A DNA stretch of 64,000 bases, from positions 62,001 through 126,000 of the forward strand of contig MCFE01000034.1 of NCBI GenBank assembly GCA_002104905.1, in the 5' to 3' direction. The stretch comes from Basidiobolus meristosporus CBS 931.73 (Eukaryota > Fungi > Basidiobolomycota). The translations under genes were made by a program, and so were the position numbers. Position 1 is the first letter of the stretch; every line of letters starts with the position of its first letter. The notes beneath the pieces were generated by a model. The model was not told the origin of the DNA and did no database searches. It saw only the letters and a list, made by a program, of their open reading frames with translations. Positions 48,325 to 60,518 of this stretch are shown in pieces.

Positions 48325-49713
48325 CTACTGCTATTACTGGAATTTTTCCCTCTGCTGAAAAGTTGGATGGATCTAACTACCAAGTGTGGAAGGTGAAGAT
48401 GAAGATGCTGCTACAAGAAAGAGGCCTTTGGGATATTGTCATGGGAGAAGAATGCCGTCCTTAAAATGTGGGAGAGGAAGCCTTGAAGTACCAGAAGAAA
48501 GAACAAAGTGCCTTTGACTGCATTTGCCTTAATGTTAAAGACAAATTGCTAATTCAATGCTCAAGAGCAAAAATGGCAAAGAATGCCTGGAAAGCATTAG
48601 AAGACACCTACCAGTCATGTTCAGCTGCTAAGAAAATGTATCTGAGACAAAAATTCTTTACTACAAAGATGCCGCCAGGAGAAGAAATGAAAATTCTAAT
48701 TAACAGAATTACCCTGCTGGTAGATGAGATGAATCTATGGGTGTACCAACTACTGATGAGGATGTGATAGTTACCATCCTGAATAGCCTGACAGACAAGT
48801 TTCAGGGTCTTGTATCAGCCCTAGAGTCCAGAACTGAAGATTTGACCTTAAATTACATATATGGAAGGCTCCTGGATGAAGAATTAAGAAAATCAGGTGC
48901 CAATAAGCAGGAAGAAGAAAATGCTTTAATAAGCAATGATAGCAAACAAAGGAGGTACCCAAGACCCTACAAAGGCAACAGCAACCTGTTTTGCAACTAC
49001 TGCAAAAGGAAAGGACACACATCAGACTGGTGTCTCAAAAAGAGAGATTATCAGCAAAAGAAGCCTGAATATGGAAATGCTGCAACAACTGAAGATGGAC
49101 TATTCATATCTGCACTAAATATGACCACATACAAGGATTCTCAGACGTGGTATATTGACTCTGGAGCCTCTCAACACTTTATACACCAAAAAGAACTTTT
49201 TACCCAAAATCAAGAAATTCCAATTAAGAAGGTTTCATGGTTGATGATAGAACACTTGATGCAGTGGGAGAAGGAACTATCCAAGTAAACCTTAGAAGCA
49301 GTGAAGGAAGCCATACACTGACCTTTAAAGAAGTACTCTATGTACCAGAAATAGCCAAGAACCAGCTCTCTGTAAGCAAGTCCACAGCAGAAGGACTCAG
49401 TTTCAGTTTTGACAATTCTGGATGCAGGATCACTGATCAAAATGGTGCCCATATTGCTTTGAGCATCAGAGATCAGAACCTATACAAGTTGACTTATATT
49501 CCATCATATGTGGAAGCCAATATAAGTAACTTAAATGAAGAAACACCAATGCTTTGGCATAGGAGATTTGGTCACATCAATTTTGATTATTTGTGCAAAA
49601 TGATCAAAGATCAGCTAATTTCTGGAGTGAAAATTGATCCCCCAGCTAATTTGGAGCACTGTGAAGCCTGCATATATGGGAAACAAGCCAGACAAATGTT
49701 CAAGAGCTCTGGG

Positions 49714-50242
49714 TGTTATGAATAGACACAAGGCAGGAGAGTAGGGCTAGGCAAGGCAGGACCAAGAAAGAACTTAGGTGTGGATCAACAAGGCAAGGTG
49801 GATTTCCAAGGCAAGGCTGTTTATTCAAGTCCTGCATTTATCAGACTGAGGAATACTTAAGGGGGGATAGGACTATTTATACTTTTTGGCTATACTGATG
49901 CCAAGAGATATTAGCTAATACTAATGGGGTTGTGGGGTGAGGCACAGCAGCAGTGCTGGGGATAATAATATAGAAGGCAAGGCATTGAGACAGGATGGGG
50001 AAATGGATTGAGTCACCTGATCATGCGACTAAGTCATGTGACCTGGTATATCCATATATGGTATGGGACTATGAAAAATACAATGGGAAGCTTCCATGGA
50101 ATGTTCCATTGTGTAACAATGGTTTGGAATGGTCAGGAACTTTTGGGAAGGTGGTAGATGGTTCCAGAAAGAATATCTTAGAAATTGAGCTAGGAAGCTG
50201 AAGCCTGGCATGGGTGTTCATGGTTGTCATGTGATCATGACA
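49714..50242 (-). mobile_element. Solo LTR of orphan family D (529 bp)
   Basis: TGTTATGA...TCATGACA ends and perfect TSD CTGGG (49709-13 and 50243-47). Host integrase region rejoins across it. Confidence 0.9.
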
Positions 50243-53200
50243 CTGGGTTAATTAAAACTAAGAAAAAATTAGATCTAATTCACTCAGATCTGTGTGGACC
50301 TATGCAAAATTTATCCTTAGGCAGGATGAAGTATTTTATCACTTTTATTGATGATTATACAAGATACATATGGGTCTACTTCATGGAGAGAAAGGAAGAA
50401 GCTCTGTCTAAGTTCAGGGAGTTTAAAGCCATGGTGGAGGGAGAAACTGGTAAAAAAATCAAGAAAAAAACGTAAGTGGAGAATATACCTCAAAACTCTT
50501 CATCCACTTCCGCAAAATTCATGGGATAAAGCAAGAGACTACTGTACCATACTCCCCATAGCAAAATGGAGTAGCAGAATGTGCTAACAGATCAATAATT
50601 GATATGGCAAGATCTATGATCCATGATCAAAAATTATCCTATGATTTTTGGGCGGAATCAGTTGCCACTGCTGCATACCTTAGAAATAGGAGTTATAACA
50701 AAATACTCCGTGATTCTACTCCATTCAAAGCATGGTATGGATACAGACCAAGTGCAGAACATCTAAGAATATTTGGGTGTACAGCATTTGCCAAGAAACT
50801 GACCGGAAATCAGTCAAAATTTGAGCCAAAAAGTGTAAAATCCATATTTTTGGGCTACTGCAGTGAGAGTAAGGCATACAGACTCTACAATACCAAAGCA
50901 AAGAAGCTGATCAAGTCCAGGGATGTGTTGTTTGATGAAAATTCAAAATTTTCATAAAAAATGACATCAGATGATGACAAAAATTTGATCACAAGTCCAC
51001 CAATTGTCAGGATTGAATCAGAGCAAAACAATGAGAATTTTTTCACTCCAAAGGACTCTACAACCATGGTTTGGCCAGAATCAGTGCCCAGGAATATCCC
51101 AGAAGTGATCATTCCAGTATCAAATGCCTGGAGATCTAATCAGACAAGAAATAGCCCAAATTACTATATCAATGAGGGTACAAACTTAGCCTATGCCTAT
51201 TCAGTCCATATTGATGAACCCCAGACTGTAAAAGAGGCCCTAAATAGCCCTCAGACAAAGTTTTGGAGATCTGCAATGACCGAGTAATATCAGGCCCTGA
51301 TGGAAAATCAAACTTGGGACTTAGTCAAATTAGCAATCAACCAAAAATCAAATGGATGCAGATAAGTTGTCAAGACAAAATACAAAGCTGATGGTACAAT
51401 TGAAAGACGCAAAGCAAGACTTGTAGCCAAAGGATACTCTCAAACAAAAGGACTTGACTATACTGAGACCTTTGCACTGGTAGCCAAGTTTAATTCCATC
51501 AGATTAATATTGGCTATTGCAGCCAAATATAAGTTTTTTATTCATCAAATGGATGTAAAAACTGCATTTTTGAATGGAGAACTTGATGAGGACGTGTATA
51601 TGGACCAGCCTGATGGGTTTGTTGACCAAAATAACCCCCATTTGGTCAGCAAGCTTAAAAAGTCACTATATGGTCTCAGACAATCACCAAGAGCCTGGAA
51701 TTGCAAGATAGATTCTTATTTGGAATCTTTGAGTTTTAAAAGGAGTAATGCTGACTATAGTATATACTATAAGCCAGATAGAGCAAATCCAGTTCTATTA
51801 GCTGTATATGTGGATGATCTTATTATAGCCACCAATAACCTAGAAACATTGGAAGAGACTAAATCCAGCCTATCTAAGGAGTTCAAGATGTCCAATCTAG
51901 GAGAACTTAATTACTACTTAGGGATTAAGTTCTCCATAGACAGAAGTACCCAGACTATCACCCTAAGCCAAACCAAGTATATTCAAGATATACTAAAGAA
52001 GTACCAAATGGAAGACTGTAAACTGGCAGCTACCCCAATGGAGACAAACCTTAACTTGGTCAAAACTCAACCAAATCAAGAGAGCTTGGTGCCATCTGAA
52101 AGCACTGACTTTCCTTATCAATCTATGGTTGGCAGTCTGATGTATATCATGCTTGGAACACATCCAGATATCTCATATTCAGTGGGAGTTGTCAGCCAAC
52201 ATAATCAGAACTATGGATCTGATCATATTGCAGCAGTTAAGTGGATTTTTAGATACCTAAAAGGAACTGCCAATATCTGCTTAAGACACACTTATAAGGA
52301 TTCAGAACAGGATCTTGTGGGATACTCTGATGCTGATTGGGGACAAATTTTGGAAGACAGAAGATCCACCACAGGATACACCTTTCTTTACTGTAAAGGA
52401 GCAATTTCATGGATTTCAAGAAAGCAACCAACCATAGCACTTTCTACCACAGAGGCAGAGCACATGGCAGCCTGTGAAGCTACAAAAGAAGCAATGTGGT
52501 TAAGAAAGCTTTTTACAGATTTAGGCCAATGTCAAAAAATGCCTATTACTTTATTTCAAGATAATCAAGGATGTATACAATTAGGTAGAAATCCAACTTT
52601 CCATGCTAGAACCAAGCACATAGATATTAGACATCATTTCATACGTGAAGCTATAGAGAATAACTTAGCTAGCTTAGTTTACTGTGCACAGATGAAATGA
52701 TTGCAGACATATTTACCAAACCATTAGCTAGAGACAAGTTTGAATATCTTAGGTCAAAATTAGGGCTAGTCAGTATGAACATTTAGCTGAGTGGGAGTGT
52801 TGAAAAAATTTGTATTTCCACCTAAATATTCACCTAACTTAGTCACTTAGATCATTACCTTCAAATCCTAGAGAATACTGACCAAATTCCTTGTTGGGAT
52901 TTACTTAGAATATTTACCCAGAACATGAAATTAGATAAGTTGTCCAAACAGCCCCAAACTTTGCACACATGTTCTTGGGACCTTCCTTAACCTATTCTAC
53001 ATGTTTGCAATGCCAAGACCAGGTAAAAGTATAAATACTACTTTTACATTCAATAAATCATTGAGTGAAACTACATAATCTACTTGTTCTCCCAGTCACT
53101 TCCAATATCTCCAAGACTCTTACAGCATTTTCTAGGGCCAATATATCTTGAGTGAGTATGATATTCCACAGCAAACATTATTGGAAGATACAAGGCATAA

Positions 53201-54351
53201 CGCATGGTTAGGGACTGAACTAACTCTTCACATCAAAGGAATCTGGACATTTAAGCTGAGGCACTTCTTCATGGGAACTTTGGGAATTGCAAGCATCCCT
53301 CCGGGGAATATATTGGATGAGAAATGGTAATGGATGAGTGATTAAGTGAATTGCTTAGTACACAAAGAATTAATTGCTTGTGGAGATCATCAATACACTT
53401 TGGACCAGTTTACCAACAACAGGTACAGCGGAGCTAGTGTATCTCTACTAAGCAAGTTGCTGTAGTTGCGGCATATTTTAGACAAACAGCGTTGAGCCTA
53501 ATCTCAGTAGGTATGCGTACATCTTATACTTTGGAAAACTCCGTTGGATATATGTAGTGGAAGTCATTACGTTAAGAGCTTAGGTGATTGAAGAGAAAAA
53601 TTAGCTATGCTTATCGTGAGGGGCTATAGCACAATGGCTTTTTGGCTCACAGCCATGGTTGGATGTGTCATGCGACTATGGTGATGGCAACAATGCGCAC
53701 TTGATACCAACACGAGAATATGCATGGCTAAGCTAGAGCACCGGCATAGAGTAGGTACGTTGATGGAAATGCTATGATATATGAAGTGCATTTGGGCGCT
53801 AACAGTGGGATGTTTTAACATTGGAGCAATCTTGCATCTGCCAGCGCAGGATCGTGCATCCATTGGGGAAAGGGAAAGTTTAATTCCTCAAGAAGCTGCA
53901 CCCTGATTCAACGCATCCCCACTCCAACCTCTGGCACTGGGGTCCTCGGCAAAGGCAATGTTTATCACATTATGGTACATGTAATGCGCTGTACTCTCCT
54001 AAGAAGCCACTGAGCGAAAATCTCAAGATGGGAATCGGCGAATTTAACAATGCTCTTTGCACAATGGATCTGGGTCGGAAATATATTGGGACGATTTTCA
54101 TGCTGATGGAAGCAAGTGCTTGGGAAATAATATGGAGAAATGGTTTAAAAGTCCCATGCTCCCGCAACGTCCACCTACCTGGTGATAGTTAGCTGCACCA
54201 TTAAAGCACAAGCCCCTTCTTTCAATTCCTTTATAGCCTTCCACTTCCCTGATAACCAGAGTGCAGAAACTTTGACCCCTCACTCTTCCCACAACCTCAT
54301 CCCAAGGACCACCCTAACCTTTAGTAATCCCCGACGATTTTTGGCTAAGAA

Positions 54352-56603
54352 ATGGTGCTGAATCCGGCGAGTGTTGTTCCCGCCGTCATGGGGGGATTCA
54401 TCCTTCTTTTTGGTCTAGCCTCCATGTTCATCAAAGAGAGGCTGTTTCTCTCTGAGGCTTGTAAGTTTAGTGGTCGCCCTCTGTTCGGCCGTCCCTAACT
54501 CTTTTCCCCACCAGTGGTAGCAACGATATTCGGAATCATCATTGGTCCCGTAGGGTTGAATCTTATTGATCCTAACACGTGGGGCGTGCATCCACATACC
54601 TTCACCATGGAATTTGCCAGGATTGTGATTGCTCTACAGGTCAGTATCGTCGACGATCCCGCATGAGCCAGCATAACTAAAGCAAACCCGATTTCAAGGT
54701 GATGGCTGCTGGCGTCAACCTACCCAAGTAAGTAGCCGCCATGTGCGGTAAAGATGCTGCTGCTAACCGTGTCATAGAAAATACGTCTTACGGGAATGGA
54801 AGTCCTTCCTGATCTTCCTGTTTCCTGTCATGACCGTGATGTGGCTGGTGGCCGCTGCGGTATTTCACTGGCTGCTACCGCTGTCGTTTGTATGTTTCGT
54901 ACCCTGTGGCGATCTTGAGTCCAGCCTGGCCTAACGCAGCTGCTTATCTAGCTCGAGTCGCTTTTGCTTGCCGCTTGTATCACCCCTACAGATCCGGTAA
55001 GTGCTAGCTACCATTCCGCACACATCGAAATCCGTCCACCTAAGCCCGGCTCCTAGGTTTTGGCGAATTCCATTGTACAGGGAGGATTTGCTGAGCGATA
55101 TGTCCCCGTTCATCTGAGAGATATCATTGCTGCTGAAAGGTAAGGAAATTCCATTGGGTGGCTTGCTCTGAAGTGTCTCCTGACTTTCGGTATTTATTGC
55201 AGTGGGGCTAACGATGGTAGCAACAAAGATCCCGTGCTTTTCCTCAAAAGTAGACTCTCCTTCTAATCTCTCTATCAGGGCTAGGCTTTCCCTTCCTCTT
55301 CTTTGCCTTTCTCATGCTGAGAAGCAACAGCCCTGGCCAGGCAATCGGCCAGTGGTTGATCACTATATGGGGATACCAGATCGCACTATCTATCTTGATC
55401 GGTTTCGTTGCTGGATTCGCCGCCAGACGGCTACTACACCTTTGCGAGCGGAAACATCTGATAGATAAAGAATCCTTCCTCGTTTTTTCCATCGCTCTGG
55501 CGGTCAGTACAAGTACACTTTAGCGGCGGGTGCTCCGCAGCTCTAACCTCCTATCTTTTAGGTGTTTCTCATGGGCACTGTTACGATGATCCATAGTGAC
55601 GACCTTTTGGCAGTATTTGTCGCTGGGACTACATTTACTTGGGAGTATGGCATATTCTGGGCCTTGTGCGCGACTTGTGATGACTGACTACCTTCCCTTT
55701 AGTGCATGGTTTCGCAAGAAGACAAAAGAGGCGCACCTCCAAGAGGTCATAGATATGATGTTCAATGTGTCATTCTTTGTTTATTTCGGCACCATCATCC
55801 CCTGGAGCACATTTGAGTCGGCATCACTGAATCTCAGTGTACTTCGTCTGGTTGGCATCACCTCATCGATTTTGATTTTCAGAAGGATTCCTGTTGTGCT
55901 GCTGCTCTATCGATTCATCCCTGCGGTCAAGAACTACCGAGAGGCCATTTTCGCCGGATGGTTTGGGCCCGTCGGAGTAGGCGGGTTGTTCTACTGCATG
56001 ATCAGCCTCGAGGAGATGAAGGAGGCCGGACCTAAAGGATACCTATCGGAAATCATCTTTCCGGTGATTTCATTCTTGGTACTGTCCTCAGTCATTGTTC
56101 ACGGGATCACTGTCCCCTTGTTCCATCTGGGTTCGATAGGCACACGAACCCTAACCACATCCAACACAATCGCCAGTCTCGTGAGTCGATTGCCGGTCAT
56201 CCGCCCAGGGCAGGAGATTGTCATTGCTCGAACTTCTGCCGCGCCAGTTATGATCCACAGCGAAGGCTCCCAAAACACTCTATGCTCCAAGACCGTTGAG
56301 AGTAAGCCACCAGGATACGACAGCAAAGAGACCAGTGGCCTTGACAATGGTAAGGCTGTCCTGGGTAAAGTGATATCAGTCCGGGAGTACGATGACGTCG
56401 CTCATCCTCTTGGCTTGAAATCCAACCGAAAATCGCTGGTGGTCATCGAGCATGTGGTGGATGTGGAGGAAAACGAGGTTGACGCAGAGGCATACGAGGA
56501 ATCCACCATTGCTCTTCGGAGTAGTGGCAATTCCTTGGACCCGGACCCAACCGATGTGCAGCAGGTTAGAATTCTGATGGATAACACAAAAGAAAAGCTA
56601 TAG
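54352..56603 (+). CDS. NHA1: Plasma-membrane Na+(K+)/H+ antiporter, Nha1/Sod2 (CPA1) family, paralog a, ~574 aa
   Basis: 10 exons: 54352-54460, 54515-54639, 54699-54727, 54778-54889, 54952-54996, 55057-55139, 55203-55216, 55279-55502, 55562-55644, 55703-56603. All introns GT-AG. 1725 nt in frame. Motifs TPTDPVLA, ESGANDG, SDDLL and GWFGPVGVG. Confidence 0.92.
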
Positions 56604-57714
56604 ATACTGTAGAATACCCCTCCCCCCCCAAAAAAAACAGCCATCCCCCACCAAAAATATCTTAATGCCAGAGAAGTTTCTAAAGAAAAATCGAGTTTAC
56701 CTTCGAGTCTCAGAAGCGTGATCTTGTACATTGTATAGTACGTGTCGCAAACTTCTCATAAAAATCCCCGAGACTTTGTACTTCAAAATATATGCTGGTC
56801 TTGCTTACATGTATAGGTACGATTTGGCTTCAGTGAGTATTCTGGTGGTGTATGTACGTATGTACGTATATCTAGAATAACTGTAGGAGCTCTTGGGAAA
56901 TGAGGTTCACAACGCATTATCGTAATATGATTCCCTACATTAATCGTAACTGTGGTCTATACAAAAGGCCACGGTTAGATAACTTTCAGTGCTGCCTTTA
57001 TTCAGTTTTCTCATTCGTTAATTTGGAGTTATACTAAAGACTGTCTAAAAATGAAGCCCTTTTCGCATATTTTTAGATCAACTAGAACAAACCAATCAGA
57101 CATTTTTATAAACCTGTTTTGGTGGAGCAGTCTTATAGAATTAACCAGATGGTGACAACATATTCGCGACCACTACCACACTCGCTAAAATTCCTTGGCC
57201 GGAAACTTCAACCCTAAGCGATGGATTCCTTGGAATGCTTTAACCGTCCAGTCTCATCAATCGAGCATATGGCTTGACTTCGTGCCGTAGCGCTTTGTCT
57301 TACCAAAACCACAACTCATCCACAATCCAGCGATTGTGCGACATATTCCAAGATCAATCAACTATTCAAGAAACGAGATTGCACCAATAAGTACTCTGCC
57401 AGGATTCCAATCATCTTGGGAGATTGGGGGCCTCCAATCTCCCAACCGACCCACTGTGTAATCGAAATGTAGAATTCCTGCACAAACTTAATCAAAGCTG
57501 CTTAAGGATATAGCATTATTTTCGGATGGATGGCGGATTCACAGTTTTGTAGTTGGAAACAACTTTCCAAGAATCCTTTGCAGCGCTGATCTCATTCTAC
57601 TGATTCTCCAGATACCCGTTTGCTGATAGACACAGTGGAGAGGTGCTTTGTCTTCCACATACTACTCCGAATACTCTTTTTACCTTTGATCTTGAACAAT
57701 ATCGTTTCTCAGGG

Positions 57715-60252
57715 ATGAGCATCACGAGTGAAGAAGTTAATTATCTGATCTATCGATACTTGAAGGAATCTGGTAAGTTCGTTGAAAGACCCGTAATATT
57801 CAACTTAATACCCCTCGTAGTCTCGCGCACCGCGTGACCCCGAGTACTCCGTAGTGTGGATTGCACTGTAGCGTTCGAGTTCAAGCGAGTGCTAGCATTC
57901 GCGTCTCTAGCCCGAAATCTACCCCACCTCCTATCAAACTCCGCAATCCTCCACCACACCACCACTTTGCTAACTCCTCCTCTCTGTTTCTCTCAGGTTT
58001 CGAACATTCCACCTTCGCTTTTGAACATGAAACGCACATCCACAAATCAGAGCTAAAAGATCTCGATGTGTCCCCAGGGACACTGATTAATATTCTACAG
58101 AAGGGACTTCAGTACATGAGCATTGAGGTTCACCTTAACGAGGCAAGTTTGCATCTATCAGTTAGCAGGCAGCTGTACTGACTCACCGCTTCCGCCGGTG
58201 ATAATAGGATGGCACTGAACGCGAATGCTCAGCCCCCTTCTCCCTACTCGCTCCTCACAAATGTGAAAAACCAACGAAAAAGCATAAGAGGGAGGATTCT
58301 TCCAGCAAAAGAGAGGAGATTCAAATCAAAAAGGAACGCCGAGAAGAAAGAAAACTTCAAAAGGAACGCGAAAGACGCGCCAAAAAGGAGTCCATAGAAG
58401 CCCAAGAATCTGATCTCATGGAGGCCGATATACGTAAAGACACCGACTTGATAGAGCAATCAGGTACTCTTCCTTTGCTCGTTCGTCTTAGCCAAGCCGT
58501 CTCTCATCTTATCACGCACAGACTCACTTCCCAATGGCGATTCATCTAACAAAGTGGTATCGAGCCGTGATGTTAGCATTCTGAACGGTCATGAATCTGA
58601 GGTAATGGAGAGCCCAGTGATTTCACGCTCCCTTTTATTTGCTCTTGTAAACTTACGGAATCTCCTGAAGGTTTTTGTCTGCTCTTGGAACCCAACCAAC
58701 CCTAACCTTGTCGCCTCTGGGTAAGAATACATCAACCAGTATATAGCCAGATGCATATTTGCTAATCAACCCTCTTGGATTGTAGCTCCGGTGATGCCAC
58801 AGCTCGTATCTGGACTATCCCGAGTACAAAGAGCAAGGAGCTCATCGCCCCAGTAATCCTGAAGCATCTCCCTACCATGAACAGCAACAAAGACGTCACC
58901 ACACTAGATTGGAATGTAAGCAAGCCAGCGTAATCGGTCAGAATCATGTCTTCCTAACACCTCTCTCAGCCCTCGGGAACGCTATTAGCTACCGGATCAT
59001 ACGACGGCCAGGCCCGGATTTGGACGCAAAAGGGTATGATTTGAACACCCAGGATGAGTGCAAGCAGCCTTTACTGAACTAGCAGGAAATATCATTAGGA
59101 GAGTTGCGCCACCGCATGTTGAAGCACCGCGGGCCGATCTTTTCGTTGAAATGGAACAAAAGGGGAAATCTACTCTTGAGTGGTAGTGTCGATCACACCA
59201 CTATCCTTTGGGATGCCTCCAACGGGGAATTCAAGCAGCAGTTCAGCTTCCATACAGGTATCTTGGTCGTCGAACAGCGGCTTCAAACGTATCGGCACAC
59301 CTAACGCTTCTACTGAAAGCACCCACGTTGGATGTTGACTGGCTGGATGATGAGATCTTCGCCACTTGCTCCACCGACAAGACCATTCAGATATGCCAAG
59401 TAGGCCAAAACACTCCAGTGAAAACATTCCGGGGCCATCAGGTAGTACTTGTTCATTGTCGAGGAAAGGGGGCCTACTCTAATGAGATCAACCCGTGTAG
59501 GACGAAGTAAACACAGTGAAATGGGACCCGTCAGGCCAGTTTTTGGCCTCTTGCTCCGATGACTTTACAGCAAAGGTTGGTACCCAACCAGACTTACCCC
59601 ACGCCCTTCTGGGCACTCATACCTCGACTTCCTCAGATCTGGTCACTCTCGCGAGATACGTTTGTTCACGATTTTAGAGGGCACGGGAAAGAGATCTACA
59701 CCATTAGGTGGTCACCCACCGGACCGAACACCGACCAGCCCAATGCCAAGAGAATTCTGGCCACGTAATAATGCTTTTTCGGCGGGATGTGATGGAGGTG
59801 GTGAGCTGACAGCCTTTCAATTTAGTGCATCCTTCGATTCCACCGTGCGGCTGTGGGATATCGAGAACGGTAGCTGCCTGTATACGCTCGCCAAGCACGC
59901 GGAGCCGGTCTATTCGGTCTCATTCAGCCCCGATGGAAAGTACATCGCGAGCGGGTCATTCGATCAGTCGATCAACATCTGGTCCGTCAAAGTAAGTGGC
60001 GTCCCCTTGGCCCTTCCCCCAGGGCTGTCTTCCCATTCCCTGGATTCACCCAAATTACGTAGGATGGAGCGCTGGTCAAAACATACCGAGGCAAAGGAGG
60101 GATTTTTGAAGTTAGCTGGAATTCTACTGGAGATAAACTTGCCGCGTGTTTATCCGACAACACGGTAAGGCTGGCTACCTCACTTGTAGTCCATTCAGCC
60201 ATCTAATCCCCTCTCACCCCACCAGGTAACGATTGTAGACATCCGAATGTGA
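57715..60252 (+). CDS. TBL1: LisH + WD40 protein, TBL1/TBL1XR1/Ebi/SIF2-like HDAC-corepressor subunit, ~520 aa
   Basis: 14 exons: 57715-57772, 57997-58142, 58208-58463, 58522-58601, 58671-58720, 58786-58915, 58970-59033, 59099-59257, 59320-59441, 59501-59575, 59637-59764, 59826-59991, 60063-60164, 60226-60252. 1563 nt in frame. N-terminus [21 protein letters not shown]...QKGLQY, and WD repeats [16 protein letters not shown] and ATGSYDG. Intron 2 is GC-AG. Confidence 0.93.
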
Positions 60253-60518
60253 GATTTTCAAACCATTTCGAAGAGATACTGATTGTAGATTTTGTAATGG
60301 CAAATATGATTAAGTGATGTTATAATATAAAGCCAGAAAATTCGATTTGATAAACCTTTTTTTGTTACAAATTGGGGTTGGGTACAATGGATGATGGATA
60401 TTTAGTGTATAAACCGAATTTGGGCTTCTAACTTAGGATTGCAAATTTACAACTATGTTGGTGAATAGGATGTGGAAAAGTGTGGGGGTCGTGTGGATCT
60501 CTAATATGATGATCCTTA

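Larger units (their letters stand above)
47235..53127 (+). mobile_element. Near-complete Copia family B element B3 (LTRs 47235-47583 and 52798-53127)
   Basis: PBS GGTTATGAGCCC at 47584. Gag ATG at 47615. Integrase 50224-50957, RT/RNase H ORF 51510-52700 (YVDDLII, YSDADW). PPT GAGTGGGAG. Flanks GATCC and TTTTC do not match. Confidence 0.95.

Noticed and set aside
1-53127. Classical Neurospora-type RIP (CpA to TpA)
   Set aside because: CA/TG dinucleotides are abundant, and it is CG that is missing. The visible paired changes trace to CpG.
55596-55702. ORF-track start MTTFWQ... as the antiporter N-terminus
   Set aside because: It is off-frame exon 9 plus intron 9. The true last exon starts at 55703 and the gene starts at 54352.
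56615-56660. C-run/A-run tract after the antiporter stop as a structured element
   Set aside because: Low-complexity 3' UTR sequence with no repeat unit or pairing partner.
57645-57712. 5' UTR intron just upstream of the TBL1 ATG (TTCTCAG acceptor)
   Set aside because: The acceptor looks good but the only nearby donor (GTGCTT) is weak. It cannot be supported without transcripts.
59662-60168. 168-aa ORF as a separate WD40 gene
   Set aside because: It reads through introns 11 and 12 of the TBL1-like gene, and only part of it is in the correct frame.
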